NCBI GenBank assembly: GCA_002269645.1
Contig: NIVC01000126.1
Location: 248,001 to 312,000 of the forward strand
DNA from: Macrostomum lignano
Lineage: Eukaryota
DNA length: 64,000 bases
Direction of reading: 5' to 3'
Shown one piece after another: positions 52,701 through 63,592 of this stretch. Both the position numbers and the translations under genes were made by a program. The notes under the pieces were generated by a model. That model saw only the letters and a program-made list of their open reading frames with translations. It did no database searches and was not told the DNA's origin. Within the stretch, counting starts at the first letter, position 1; every line of letters begins with the position of its first letter.

Positions 52701-55700
52701 GGACACCCATCTTAACTTGGCCATGGACACCCATCCTAACTAAGCCATTGATACCGATCCTAACTGAGCCATGGACACATCCTGTTCGTCATGGACACCC
52801 TTCTTGTCTGAGCCATGGACACCCTTGTCTGAGCCATGGACACCCAAACTGAGTGAGACAGGCATACATACATGTAAATCTCACAGAAGACAGTCCACAC
52901 AACAAAAATATACCTGTATCTCTGCCCGTTTATGATTAATCTCTTCCTGTCGAAACCAGCTGCTCATCTCCAGCTGGAAATAGTTGCGCGTAAACTCGCG
53001 AACTGGCCGTTTGAAAAACAGCTCAGCGTAGTGCAGCACGTACGGCCCGCAGTCCACAGTGTTGGGCTGCAGCGGCACACACGGACAATAGCCGCGTATT
53101 GTCTCCTTGTCGAATACTTTGGGACCTTTCATTGATCTCTTTTTGATGTCCCACTCGACTTGCAGGTATCTGCAGTGATTTATTAATCAAATTAACTTTT
53201 ACTGAATACGTTTCGAATTGATACTGCAATCAACCGCTGCAACAGCCCCCACTCAGACACTGCAACAGCCCCCACTCAGACACTGCAACAGCCCCCACTC
53301 AGACACTGTAACAGCCCCCACTCAGACACTGCAACAGCCCCCACTCAGACACTGCAACAGCCCCCACTCAGACACTGCAACAGCCCCCACTCAGACACTG
53401 CAACAGCCCCCACTCAGACACTGCAACAGCCCCCACTCAGACACTGCAACAGCTGTTACAGTGACCAAGCAAGCTCCGAGAAAGAACACACAATGTCACG
53501 TGACTCACTCTCTAATAGCCAGCACGTTCGGACTTCGGGTGCTGCCCATCAAGCTGTCGAACATGAGCACGCACGGCATTCTAAGCGTGCCGTCGCTGGC
53601 CATTCGAACGTCGAACGGCAGCAAGCTGTTGACTTGAGCCTCAGCGCTGCCTGTATAATTCACCATGCCAACCATCCAGGGAAAGCAGATGACGGCTAAG
53701 AACCAATGACAATTCTCATTGATAGGAATGAGAATAAAGTCCTTAGTGAATAAATCAACTTTTCTAGTCCACTTGGCAACTGTCTCGTGCCGACGGATAG
53801 CCAAGGAAGCGGCTGATTCGTCTTTCCCAGGCGGCGGGTCCAGTTTCTGACTGAGCCGTTTAAAAAAGAAACAATTAAATATGTGCGTACTCTTGCGCTG
53901 TTCCGGCGTTAGCATCTCGTGGTACATGTACTTTAAATAGAAATCTATTGCCACGTCGTTCAGGTACTCGCACGGGTTCAGGCACATCAGATCCGCGTTC
54001 GTGATTGTTATGCCGTTTGTGCCGCCAGGTGAGTAGCTGAACTTCTCAATAACCTGACCGGTGAGGCGGGGCGGCGGCTTGCTGTTGCTGCTTGAGGTGG
54101 TTGTGTCAGCGGCTCCTGACGATGTCGGAGCCGATGCTGATGTTGCTGTTGACAACTGGCGCTGGTCCTGAGACGACTCGCCCTGAAGAATTTCGTTAGG
54201 GAAATCCAGAGTCTTCAGTTCCCTTCCACAGATTCTTCAGTTCCCTTCCACAGATTCTTCAGTTCCCTCCCACAGATTCTTCAGTTCCCTCCCACAGATT
54301 ATTCAGTTCCCTTCCACAGATTATTCAGTTCCCTTCCACAGATTCTTCAGTTCCCTTCCGCACAGATTCTTCAGTTCCCTCCCACAGATTATTCAGTTCC
54401 CTTCCACAGATTATTCAGTTCCCTTCCACAGATTCTTCAGTTCCCTTCCGCACAGATTCTTCAGTTCCCTTCCGCACAGATTCTTCAGTTCCCTTCCACA
54501 GATTATTCAGTTCCCTTCCAGATTATTCAGTTCCCTTCCAGATTATTCAGTTCCCTTCCAGATTATTCAGTTCCCTTCCAGATTATTCAGTTCCCTTCCA
54601 GATTATTCAGTTCCCTTCCAGATTATTCAGTTCCCTTCCACAGATTCTTCAGTTCCCTTCCGCACAGATTCTTCAGTTCCCTCCCACAGTCTTCAGTTCC
54701 CTCCCAAAGATTCTTCATTTCTCTCCCACAGATTCTTCAGTTCCCTTCCACAGATTCTTCAGTTCCCTTCCACAGATTCTTCAGTTCCCTTCCACAGATT
54801 CTTCAGTTCCCTCCGACAGATTATTCAGTTCCTCCCACAGTCTTCAGTTCCCTCCCACAGTCTTCAGTTCCCTCCCACAGTCTTCAGTTGCCTCCCACTG
54901 AGTCATCGTTTCCGATTCTTAACTAATTTCTCACCTGCAGAGACGATGGCTCAATCGCAGAGGCGTCAAATTGCTGGGACGCGGTTCCATTACCAACAGA
55001 CGAGTTCTGCTGCTTGTGCTTCTGTTGCACAAGAAGACCAATAGCCAGGTTGGAGTTCGCCACCTTCTGATACAGTTCGGCAGATTTAGCAACAGAAGAA
55101 GCAGACGTTGCAACAGCGGAAGCAGACGATGCATTGCTGGAACTAATTGCTGCTCCAGCTGTTGAAGAGCTGCTGTGGAGCCGCTGTAAAGTTGAAGACA
55201 TTGCCGGTGCCGAAGCTTGTTGTTGCGGCAAGCCGAGCAGCTCGTTGAAGAATCCCTGCTGGCAATGATCCAGCATGCCTCTAGCCGATACTTTATTCAA
55301 GTTTTGCAAATCGAAATCAAATTTAGCCTGGGACTCGGCCTTCTTATCCGTATAGAATGCGAATAATTTTCTTAGCTCGTCTTCACGCTCATTATCGGAC
55401 ACCAGCACGATCCACTTCTTGCCTAAATCGCGGGTCTCGGCGGCCGACAGGGTGCCCGGCTGCAGTCCGGCCTCCGAGCAGATTCGCCGACTGAACTCTG
55501 TCGATTTCAAGCGAAACGCTACGAAACAGGTTGGCTCGATGGCGAACGACACTTTGCTGATCTGGGCGTGGTGCAGGTGAATCTGGGCGTACTCTACTTC
55601 AGCCTCCTCTTCTTCATCGTCATCGTCATCGTTGTCGGCCATGTCGTCGTAGTCGTCGTCTTCTTCTGAATCGATGACGTCATCAGCAAATTCGTCGTCG

Positions 55701-58175
55701 TCTTCGTCTTCGAAATCGTCGTCATCGAAGCCGCGCTGCTGCCGACGACGACGGCGTCGACGCCGGCGACGCGCTTTGGCGCAGTCGTTGGACCGAGGAA
55801 AACTGAACTGGGTGAAGCCGTGGTAGACCTTAAATGATGGGGTAATTAATTATTCATTATTGAAATACATTCAGATGCTCAGATTGGCATTCCATAGGTG
55901 AATCCACCATTAAAGATTCCCCTAGTGAATTACCCATCAAAGATCTATCAGGTTAATTCCCAATCAAAGATTCCCCTGGTGAATTACCCATCAAAGATCT
56001 ATCAGGTTAATTCCCAATCAAAGATTCCCCTGGTGAATTACCCATCAAAGATCTATCAGGTTAATTCCCAATCAAAGATTCCCCTGGTGAATTACCCATC
56101 AAAGATCTATCAGGTTAATCCCCCATCAATGATTCCCCATGTGAATTACCCATCAAAGATTCCCCAGGTGAATTCCCTATCACAGATTTTTCAGGTAAAT
56201 TACACACTAAACATTCCCAGGCAATTCCCTGTCAAAGATTCCCCAATAATTATTCCCTTGACGCTGATTAGCCTACCTTTAACAGGTTATGCGGCGGGTC
56301 GACTTTCTGAAAAGCGGAATTGCCGATGCACACCTGATCCAGGGGCATCTCAACAACAGGACTGCCTAGCAGCGACTGATTCGAAGAGCTGTTCATTGAC
56401 GGTCGAGCTGTCGGAGGTGCTGCCGGAGTCGGCAGTGGCAGCCGAGACTGCGATGCTGGCAAAGTGGCTGGTGCCTCTAAGCGAGGCCGCTTACTGCAGA
56501 ACCCGGAGCTAGTCACTGGCTTGTTAAAAGCTGGTAAAGATTTTGCAGCAGCTGAAGCCACGGCGTCACTTTTCTTTTGCAGATTAATTTTTCTGCGAAT
56601 AAAAAATAGTAAGAAAGGAACTGCATTAGAAATGGGATTCTTTAAAAGATGGATCCCATAGTACTAAAGTTTGATACTAGTACAAGACGGTAAAAGTCGC
56701 CAAAAAAGTCAATTTGAGGCGATGAGGCCAATGACTCTGGGGCTGTAGAGTCGTATCTGAGGTCTTTCTGATTTTCCATAGATTTTTTATAGATGTACGA
56801 AATGTACTTTTTTATTGTGCATTATCATACATGCGCAACCCCCTGATTTATTTACGTCGGCCTACTTACTTAATTACCGGCCCGGCTTACTTTTTGACCA
56901 AAAAATGCGACTTACCTATGTAAGAAACCCAAGCAAAATTGAAGTGATTTCGGGTAAACGGCAGGAGTAACTATGACCGAATTAACAAGGCTAAATGCCT
57001 CGTCCTCTAGTTATAACAACTCTTGCTAAATACAACTCTTGGGACGACTTTTTTTCGACTCTTTTACGATTCTTTAACTCACGTGATGCGCTGGTGACTA
57101 ACAGTCGCCTCTCCGTCGCATTAAAGTCGTTTGAATCGTTAAAAAAGTTACAAGAGTCGTGGCCCAGAGTCGCTGAGTCACTAGTCAGCTGTTTGCAATG
57201 ACTCTTTAGCGTTTCTGGTCACGACAAATGAGATTAAAAAAGTAAGATTTGATACTTATGAACCTTTAATCCTCTGTGATTAAGTAAACTGTGATTTTAA
57301 ACCCTATAAACAATAGAACTAAAAATTAACTACCCTCCAACGCTAACGAGTTGGCGCTGTACAGAAGCTACACGAGGTACAGAAGCTTTCGCTACAGCAA
57401 CAGCAGCCGAAGCCGGTGCCGGCAGCCGGTTGTTCAATGAACTCGCCGCTACAGACGATGCAGAAGATGCTGCAGACACTCGAATAGAGGCGCTACGCGA
57501 CGCTAAGAATCGTTGGATATCAGCCGACAGAGCGGCGCCAGTCTGCAGACAGCTGGGTGGAACAGCACCGAGCTGACCTGATGGCCGCTGGGACTGTCTA
57601 TGCTGGGCAGCGGCCACAATAGGCGACTTAGTAGGAGAAGACGAGGCGGGATGCACTGAAGCAGAAGCGCTACTAGAAGCAGCAGCAGCAACAGCAACAA
57701 CAGAAGACGAGGACGAAGCAGAAGCAACAGCAGGGGTGGCAGACTTTCGTTTAGCAGTAGTAGCGCTAATCATACCGGCCTTGTTATCAGACTTGGTTGC
57801 AACTGCCGGCATTGGCAAATAGCGGCCGCACAAATTGCAGGTGGCTAATTCTACGCCTAAACTGCCGCAACGCTCGCAATATACTACTAATTGCCGATAG
57901 TAGCCTCTGGCGGATGAATTATTGTTAGCGTAATTACTATTATTATTAATAGAGTCGGAACTGCCAATCGCTTGGAGAAGAGCCTGACGAAACGATTTCG
58001 TACAAATTGATTTCGGACGCTCCAAATCCAGATAAGTTGTTGCCACTAACCGGGCAGATCTCTTCTGCTTTTTCAAAGCAGAGCGTTTTCTATTTCGATT
58101 AGGAATTTTCTTAAGCGACAACAACTGCTGCCGCGGCGGCTGCTGCTTGCTACCAGAGCAATGCTTACGCAGCAT
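49780..58175 (-). CDS. SUMO-specific protease, SENP6/7 (Ulp2)-like, peptidase C48, ~1037 aa, 6 exons
   Basis: Exons 58175-57334, 56592-56277, 55828-54935, 54182-53509, 53169-52914, 49911-49780 (3114 nt, phase-consistent). ITNADLMCLNPCEYLNDVAIDFYLKY, DLFTKDFILIPINENCHWFLAVIC (His), MFDSL (Asp), QPNTVDCGPYVL (Cys), KRAEIQDLIVSL. The exon 1 start and donor are less certain. Confidence 0.88.
49958..52850. repeat. 24-bp satellite (GGGCCATGGACACCTATCTTAACT), ~120 copies, filling the last SENP intron
   Basis: Source of the 990/617/559-aa repeat ORFs. Confidence 0.98.
53232..53452. repeat. 23-bp minisatellite (CACTGCAACAGCCCCCACTCAGA)
   Basis: About 9 units in a SENP intron. Confidence 0.92.
54210..54900. 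repeat. ~20-24-bp minisatellite (CAGATTCTTCAGTTCCCTTCCA)
   Basis: Fills a SENP intron. Confidence 0.92.
55890..56250. repeat. 54-bp (2x27) minisatellite
   Basis: Period 55925->55979; fills a SENP intron. Confidence 0.88.
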
Positions 58176-58414
58176 AAAAATAGCAATAGAAAGTGATTGA
58201 AATTGCTTATGTGTTCAGCTCACTGTTCTGTTGCTGGATTTTCTATTTTTTTGCTGTCAATTCTTGGAATAGAAAATTCTAGGAATTTCCCGCGCTGCTT
58301 CGAATGCAGCTTAGAACGGGTTTGGTTGCGCTGGCGATCTGAATGGCTGAAATTGATAGATAACTTTGATGTAGAATAATGGAATTAGTTTTAGCAGTTT
58401 GTTTGCACATTGGG

Positions 58415-58965
58415 GACCGGGTATTGATCATTGAGTGTACATCAGGGGACTGGGTATTGCTCAGAGTGTACATTAGGAGACTGGGTATTGATCATTGAGT
58501 GTACATTAGGAGACTGGGTATTGATCATTGAGTGTACATTAGGAGACTGGGTATTGATCATTGAGTCTATATTAGGGAACTGGGTATTGATCATTGAGTG
58601 TACATTGGGGACTGGGTATTAATCATTGAGTGTACATTGGGGACTGGGTATTGATCATTGAGTGTACATTGGGGACTGGGTATTGATCATTGAGTGTACA
58701 TTGGGGACTGGGTATTGATCATTGAGTGTACATTGGGAACTGGGTATTGATCATTGAGTGTACATTGGGGACTGGGTATTAATCATTGAGTGTACATTGG
58801 GGACTGGGTATTGATCATTGAGTGTACATTGGGGACTGGGTATTGATCATTGAGTGTACATTGGGGACTGGGTATTGATCATTGAGTGTACATTGGGGAC
58901 TGGGTATTGATCGTTCAATGTACATTAGGGACTGGGTATTGATTATCGAGTTTACATCGGAAACC
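58415..58965. repeat. 32/33-bp minisatellite (GAGTGTACATTGGGGACTGGGTATTGATCATT)
   Basis: About 16 units upstream of SENP. Confidence 0.92.
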
Positions 58966-59258
58966 GGGCTTGATGATTCATTCAATCTAATGTGCTAACT
59001 TACTAAAGGCTAAATTACTTAATAATTCTACATTAAATAAAATTTGTTAAAAAATATTACGCAAAAGCAAGGCAATTTCAAAATTCAGTTACAAAAAAAT
59101 GTGTCATTTTTCAGAACAGGAAAATTCACAACAAATATTTTACTTAGCAAGAAGTGACAATAATCATAAACTAAATTTTTATTCGCAATACTATACTTCA
59201 ATCAAAGGAAAAAACTCAGTATTTTAGAGTCGCTAGTAGTACTAGACCCTTGACCCTT

Positions 59259-59520
59259 GGGTTGTAGTCTAGTGGTTAGAGCGTCGAACTCACGACTAAT
59301 AGGTCGGGGGTTCGATTCTCAACCTACTCGGAACAATTTGTGTCCTTGAGAAAGACACTTAACTCTGAATTGCTTCAGTTCACCCAGCTGTAAAATGGGT
59401 GCCAGCTGGGGTAATGAGGGTGTGTGGCGACCCCCCCCCCAGTCTTTGGACTGAACAGCCGTACGCAGCCTTCAGATGCGCCGCGCAATAGCTGCGGCTG
59501 AGCTGTCGGTTGCACATCTG
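59259..59520 (+). mobile_element. tRNA-derived CORE-SINE (family B), full length
   Basis: A/B boxes GGTTGTAGTCTAGTGGTTAGAGCG..GGGGTTCGATTC; central GTGTCCTTGAGAAAGACACTTAACTCTG..TTCAGTT..CTGTAAAATGGG resembles the MIR CORE consensus. Confidence 0.85.
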
Positions 59521-59786
59521 GCCCAATGAAAGACAGTTGTAATCAATTATTACAATTATTAGATACTTGAGTTGTGTACTTCAGTCAAAACTAGTACAAC
59601 ACCTTCAATTAAGTTTCTGTTGTCCGTTAGAATCGAAAGAAAGTATTTCATTTATTAAAATAACAAAGCCTTATCCTGATCTTGAACATCAGCCCGATAA
59701 AAACAATGACCAATTACAATTTAAACATTTTAACAAAAATCAATGGAAAATCAGAAAGACCGCAAAAACAAACTTTATCAATCGTT

Positions 59787-60449
59787 TTATGGCATCAATT
59801 TCAACGAGGGCTTAGCAATTACAGCCAAAGCCAAAGCCGACGATATCAAACCAAAGAATCCTTGGGCTCCAGGCGACAGTCGAACATAGTTCAAAGATAC
59901 TACTGGTAGGAATAGATCGCAGATATTCTTAGCAGTATCGAGCAGCAGTGGACGGTCGCGCAGCGCTCTAGACAGGCCGCCAGACGCCTGGCAATAGTTA
60001 CTAATATCGTAAGCGTCGCGTGTCAACCCTAACAGAATGGACAATAGCCAGAACCGATTGCTAATTGAACTCCATTTGGTTTTATCAACTTGAGCCAAGC
60101 CTACTCGACCAACCCATAGCCAATGGTCAATCAGTAAGAATATTGCCGATGCAATCCTAGACATTGTAATGGTGAATCGGTGTACATCGTTTTTAATATG
60201 CAGACTTCGCAAAGCAGCGTAGATTGAATCGGCGCTATTGCCGAGTCGCAACAGCTTTCTAGCTGTGCTCAAATGAAGCTCTAATCTGGTTAGCTTAACT
60301 ATCAGCTCCTGTCTAGCTCGAAGTCCATCTAATCCGCCTAATCGTTTCACTTCGAGAAGGTGCGCCAACAGACGGCTGGCATATTGCACCAAACGGAACA
60401 GTTTATCGCGGAAAGCTGTCTGACGAATTAATATTAATACTTTCTCCAT
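59787..60449 (-). CDS. PEX11: Peroxisomal biogenesis factor 11, 220 aa, intronless
   Basis: RDKLFRLVQYASRLL, LSTARKLLRLGNS, FLLIDHWLWVGRVGL, SNRFWLLSILLGLTRD, LLDTAKNICDLFLP, GFFGLISSAL; ATG at 60449 (the track start at 60488 is a GTG). Confidence 0.93.
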   Translation of the reverse strand: MEKVLILIRQTAFRDKLFRLVQYASRLLAHLLEVKRLGGLDGLRARQELIVKLTRLELHLSTARKLLRLGNSADSIYAALRSLHIKNDVHRFTITMSRIASAIFLLIDHWLWVGRVGLAQVDKTKWSSISNRFWLLSILLGLTRDAYDISNYCQASGGLSRALRDRPLLLDTAKNICDLFLPVVSLNYVRLSPGAQGFFGLISSALALAVIAKPSLKLMP

Positions 60450-63161
60450 TCTTTGATGCTTATTGATGAAGAAGTTGAGAAACTGCACTGTGGTCTAGAC
60501 GGACCTGGCAGATGCTGTAATTGCCAGATGGCATCGAAGATTTAAGCTACAAACAGCTTAAATCAGGAGCAAAAGAATGAGGCCATATACTTTGCTATAT
60601 TTATTAGACCTAGAGCACTTTGTAAGAGAAAAAACAGTGTGGCAATAGCAAAGAACCTTAAATGTAAAAGCATGGTTCTGCTTTGCTCTTACATGGCTAT
60701 TTTAGCATGTAGCATACTTTTCTGCAGTCTATATAGGCTTGTGTAGTATAAGCTTATAGACTAGTAATTAAAAGGCTTATTTTCTTATTATAAGATCTAG
60801 ATAAACAGTTAGTTGTATTACACAATTTAAACTGATACATAACTAGTAATTGTGTACAATGCTAGCAACAAATATTCAAGATTGGATATTTTACTATCTA
60901 GTTGTACTACTATAAGACTCAACAACTATATACTTTGTAAAAGCTAAAAACTAAGGCTTTAAGGTTAATTGTTAATTGCAAATTGTATTGCCACAACATG
61001 ATAGTAATGAGTGGTGCTAATAGAGAATTCCACTAATGTTTTAGGCCTTTTAGTTATATGAAGGGTATACTATACAAAAGTTTTGGCAACTTGCCTTTAA
61101 CACTAATTTTTAGTATAATGGATTTAAACCTTAAAAATGGAAAATTTCATTACTAATCAGTAGTAATTTTATGTTTTCATATAGTCATAGATGGGTAAGA
61201 ATGCAAAAAATTCAATAGAAAGCAGTTATTTTATATCAGTTTTCCTACTAGATTGAATCAATTAGAACTAGCCAACACTATCATTGATAGCCCTCACTCT
61301 GAAAGGCCAATTATATCTATGACCAAGTAATAACATTATGATAATATAGAAGACTTTAATCCAAATATCATTATTGCTTTGATAAGCAAATAACATTTGG
61401 CAATTAAGATTATTCCTTATGACCAATGCAACAGTGTTGCTATTTTTAATACCATTGATAATTATAAAAAAAACTTGACAAAATAATCTCTAACAAAACA
61501 AAATTTTCCACAGTGGAATATTTTAAGAATAGTAATAAACATCTTGTGCTTAAAAAGGGGCTATGCATTTAGGGTTACTATTACAAGCATTTGCTCAAGT
61601 TTGTCCCCACTGAAATTTACAAATGCATATATGCAAAGGGTAGCAAAGTGGACCAACTTTATGGAACCTATAAGGCTAGTTTCTTTATCCCATAGTTTTG
61701 GTTAGGATTGCCAAAAATCATCTTGCTAAGTACCTAGACTCATTCTTTTAAATTCATATAATGGCTATATTATATTTATATAGCTAGTTAGCCAATGTAG
61801 ACCATATGTTTGAACCTTGTCAAATGTGCAATTTAATAAAAATTATAACTAGCTACTGCTGCTTATAGATTATTGAATCTATTGAATCTAAATTATAGAA
61901 TATTGAATATAATCTATAATCTATATTGAATACATACTGAATATATATATATTAAATATTATTGAAACATTAAAAACTTTATGGAGTATAAAATAATTGA
62001 AAAATATTTTATAAAGTATTTTAATGACTTTAATCTATGTAATTTTTATAATATATCCTGCATTCTTGAAAATTATCTTTTAATTATTTAGTCAGTACTT
62101 ATTTAGTAGTGATTTCCTTCTTGCTGTGATACTTATTGTATATACTTTGCTAATATAGTTTTACTATATATTAAGTCCTATTGTATTTCAAATATGAATG
62201 GGCCTTTTTGTGATAGGGATTGTCAAGGCTATTAGATTAGCCTAGCTTATCCACTTATTTAGTATCCCTAATAATTTTAACAGGCTCTATTATTTTGACC
62301 TTGCTTGACTAGCTTTAATTAAAATTTAGTCCTATCAATATCTATATGATTTATATTTTATCTAATGACTAATGCTAACAAATAAGATCTTTGACTTTAA
62401 AGATTGGAAAAAGGGTTTTTTGTAAGTACCAAGATACAATATTGCATTCAAGGTCCAATTTTAGGATGCAATTTAGATAGTCAAGATGTCATATAGCATC
62501 CATGACCAAGCCTATGTTTTTTTGCTAGTACTAGGATACAAAATTGTATCAAAGATCTAATTTGAAGATGCAATTTTTTAAGCCAAGATTGCTTTAAAGA
62601 ATAGCTCTTAAGAATAGCTATGGAATTTTTATTGCACAAAAAATAAACCAAGGTTAGAAAGAATTATATAATATTTTTTTTTAATTTTAGGCCCCTTACC
62701 TATAATCCTATGCTAGAAATACAAACTAATTTGACAATGTATTTAATAGATAAGATCTTAATTTAATTGTTATTATTCAAGTTTGAATACAAAAAAAGCT
62801 TATTGAATAAAAAACTAAAAGCTACTCAAAGCTAGAATGGCTTTTTAAAAGATTTTGGGCAAATCTTAGACTTAGGCTTAGGCTTAGGGTGGCAGGGCCT
62901 ACTAATAATTTTAATAATATACTAAACCCTTGGCCTTATTTGGCAATTTTAATATTAGGCCTAGAGTTTAGCCTTTAGGTATAGATAGAGGGCCTATCTA
63001 GAAATTTTTTTTTGTGTCCATTTTTATATAGAATGACCTTTATGTACTTTAACTTGTTTGCCTATTTTTCTTTTGCTTTTTAACCTATTTTAACTTTGTA
63101 CTTCCTAGGTTAAAAATATATATATATTTGAACAATACTATGCATAGCCATATATTCTGGG

Positions 63162-63493
63162 TGTTGTGGGTTTCGTTACGATAATTCCGTAAATAGTTTT
63201 CTAGAACTTTCTACCACTTGTTATAACACTCTGTTGTTTCCAGAATCTTCTCTGCGCCTCCCCCGCGGGCTATCTATGAGAACTTTCTAGAAAGTTCTCC
63301 CACTCGCTCCCCAGGCTATAAATAGAACCCCCGCGCGGTGCATACACTCAAGCACCTTTCCAGTATTTAATAATACTGCTGTTACAAATATACGCTTATC
63401 CAGTCGACTGCCAAGTGCTCTTTTCGGCGCTATACTTACATTTACCAACACTGCAATTGGAATCTCTGTATTCGTTACTTCAAGAATACAACA
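63162..63493 (+). mobile_element. 5' LTR of a Ty3/Gypsy retrotransposon
   Basis: TGTTGT..ACAACA inverted termini, TATAAAT at ~63317; followed by PBS-like TGGCGTCGCAAGCAGGATC at 63503. Confidence 0.8.
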
Positions 63494-63592
63494 GGGATTT
63501 TCTGGCGTCGCAAGCAGGATCTTGATCAACTTCGAGGACGTCTAATCTACAACGACTGTCACTATTGACCGAAGGATCAAGCTACTACAATC

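Noticed and set aside
49880-52852. 990-, 617- and 559-aa repeat ORFs (WAMDTYLN, GPWTPILT, GVHGPVKI)
   Set aside because: They lie within a phase-consistent SENP intron and are open only because the unit is 24 bp.
59259-59325. tRNA-like sequences here and at 2944, 15168, 15923
   Set aside because: No acceptor-stem closure, and each continues into a shared repeat body, so they are SINE heads.
62871-62890. (TTAGGC)n as an interstitial nematode-type telomere
   Set aside because: Only three units, better explained as mutated CTCGGG or chance.
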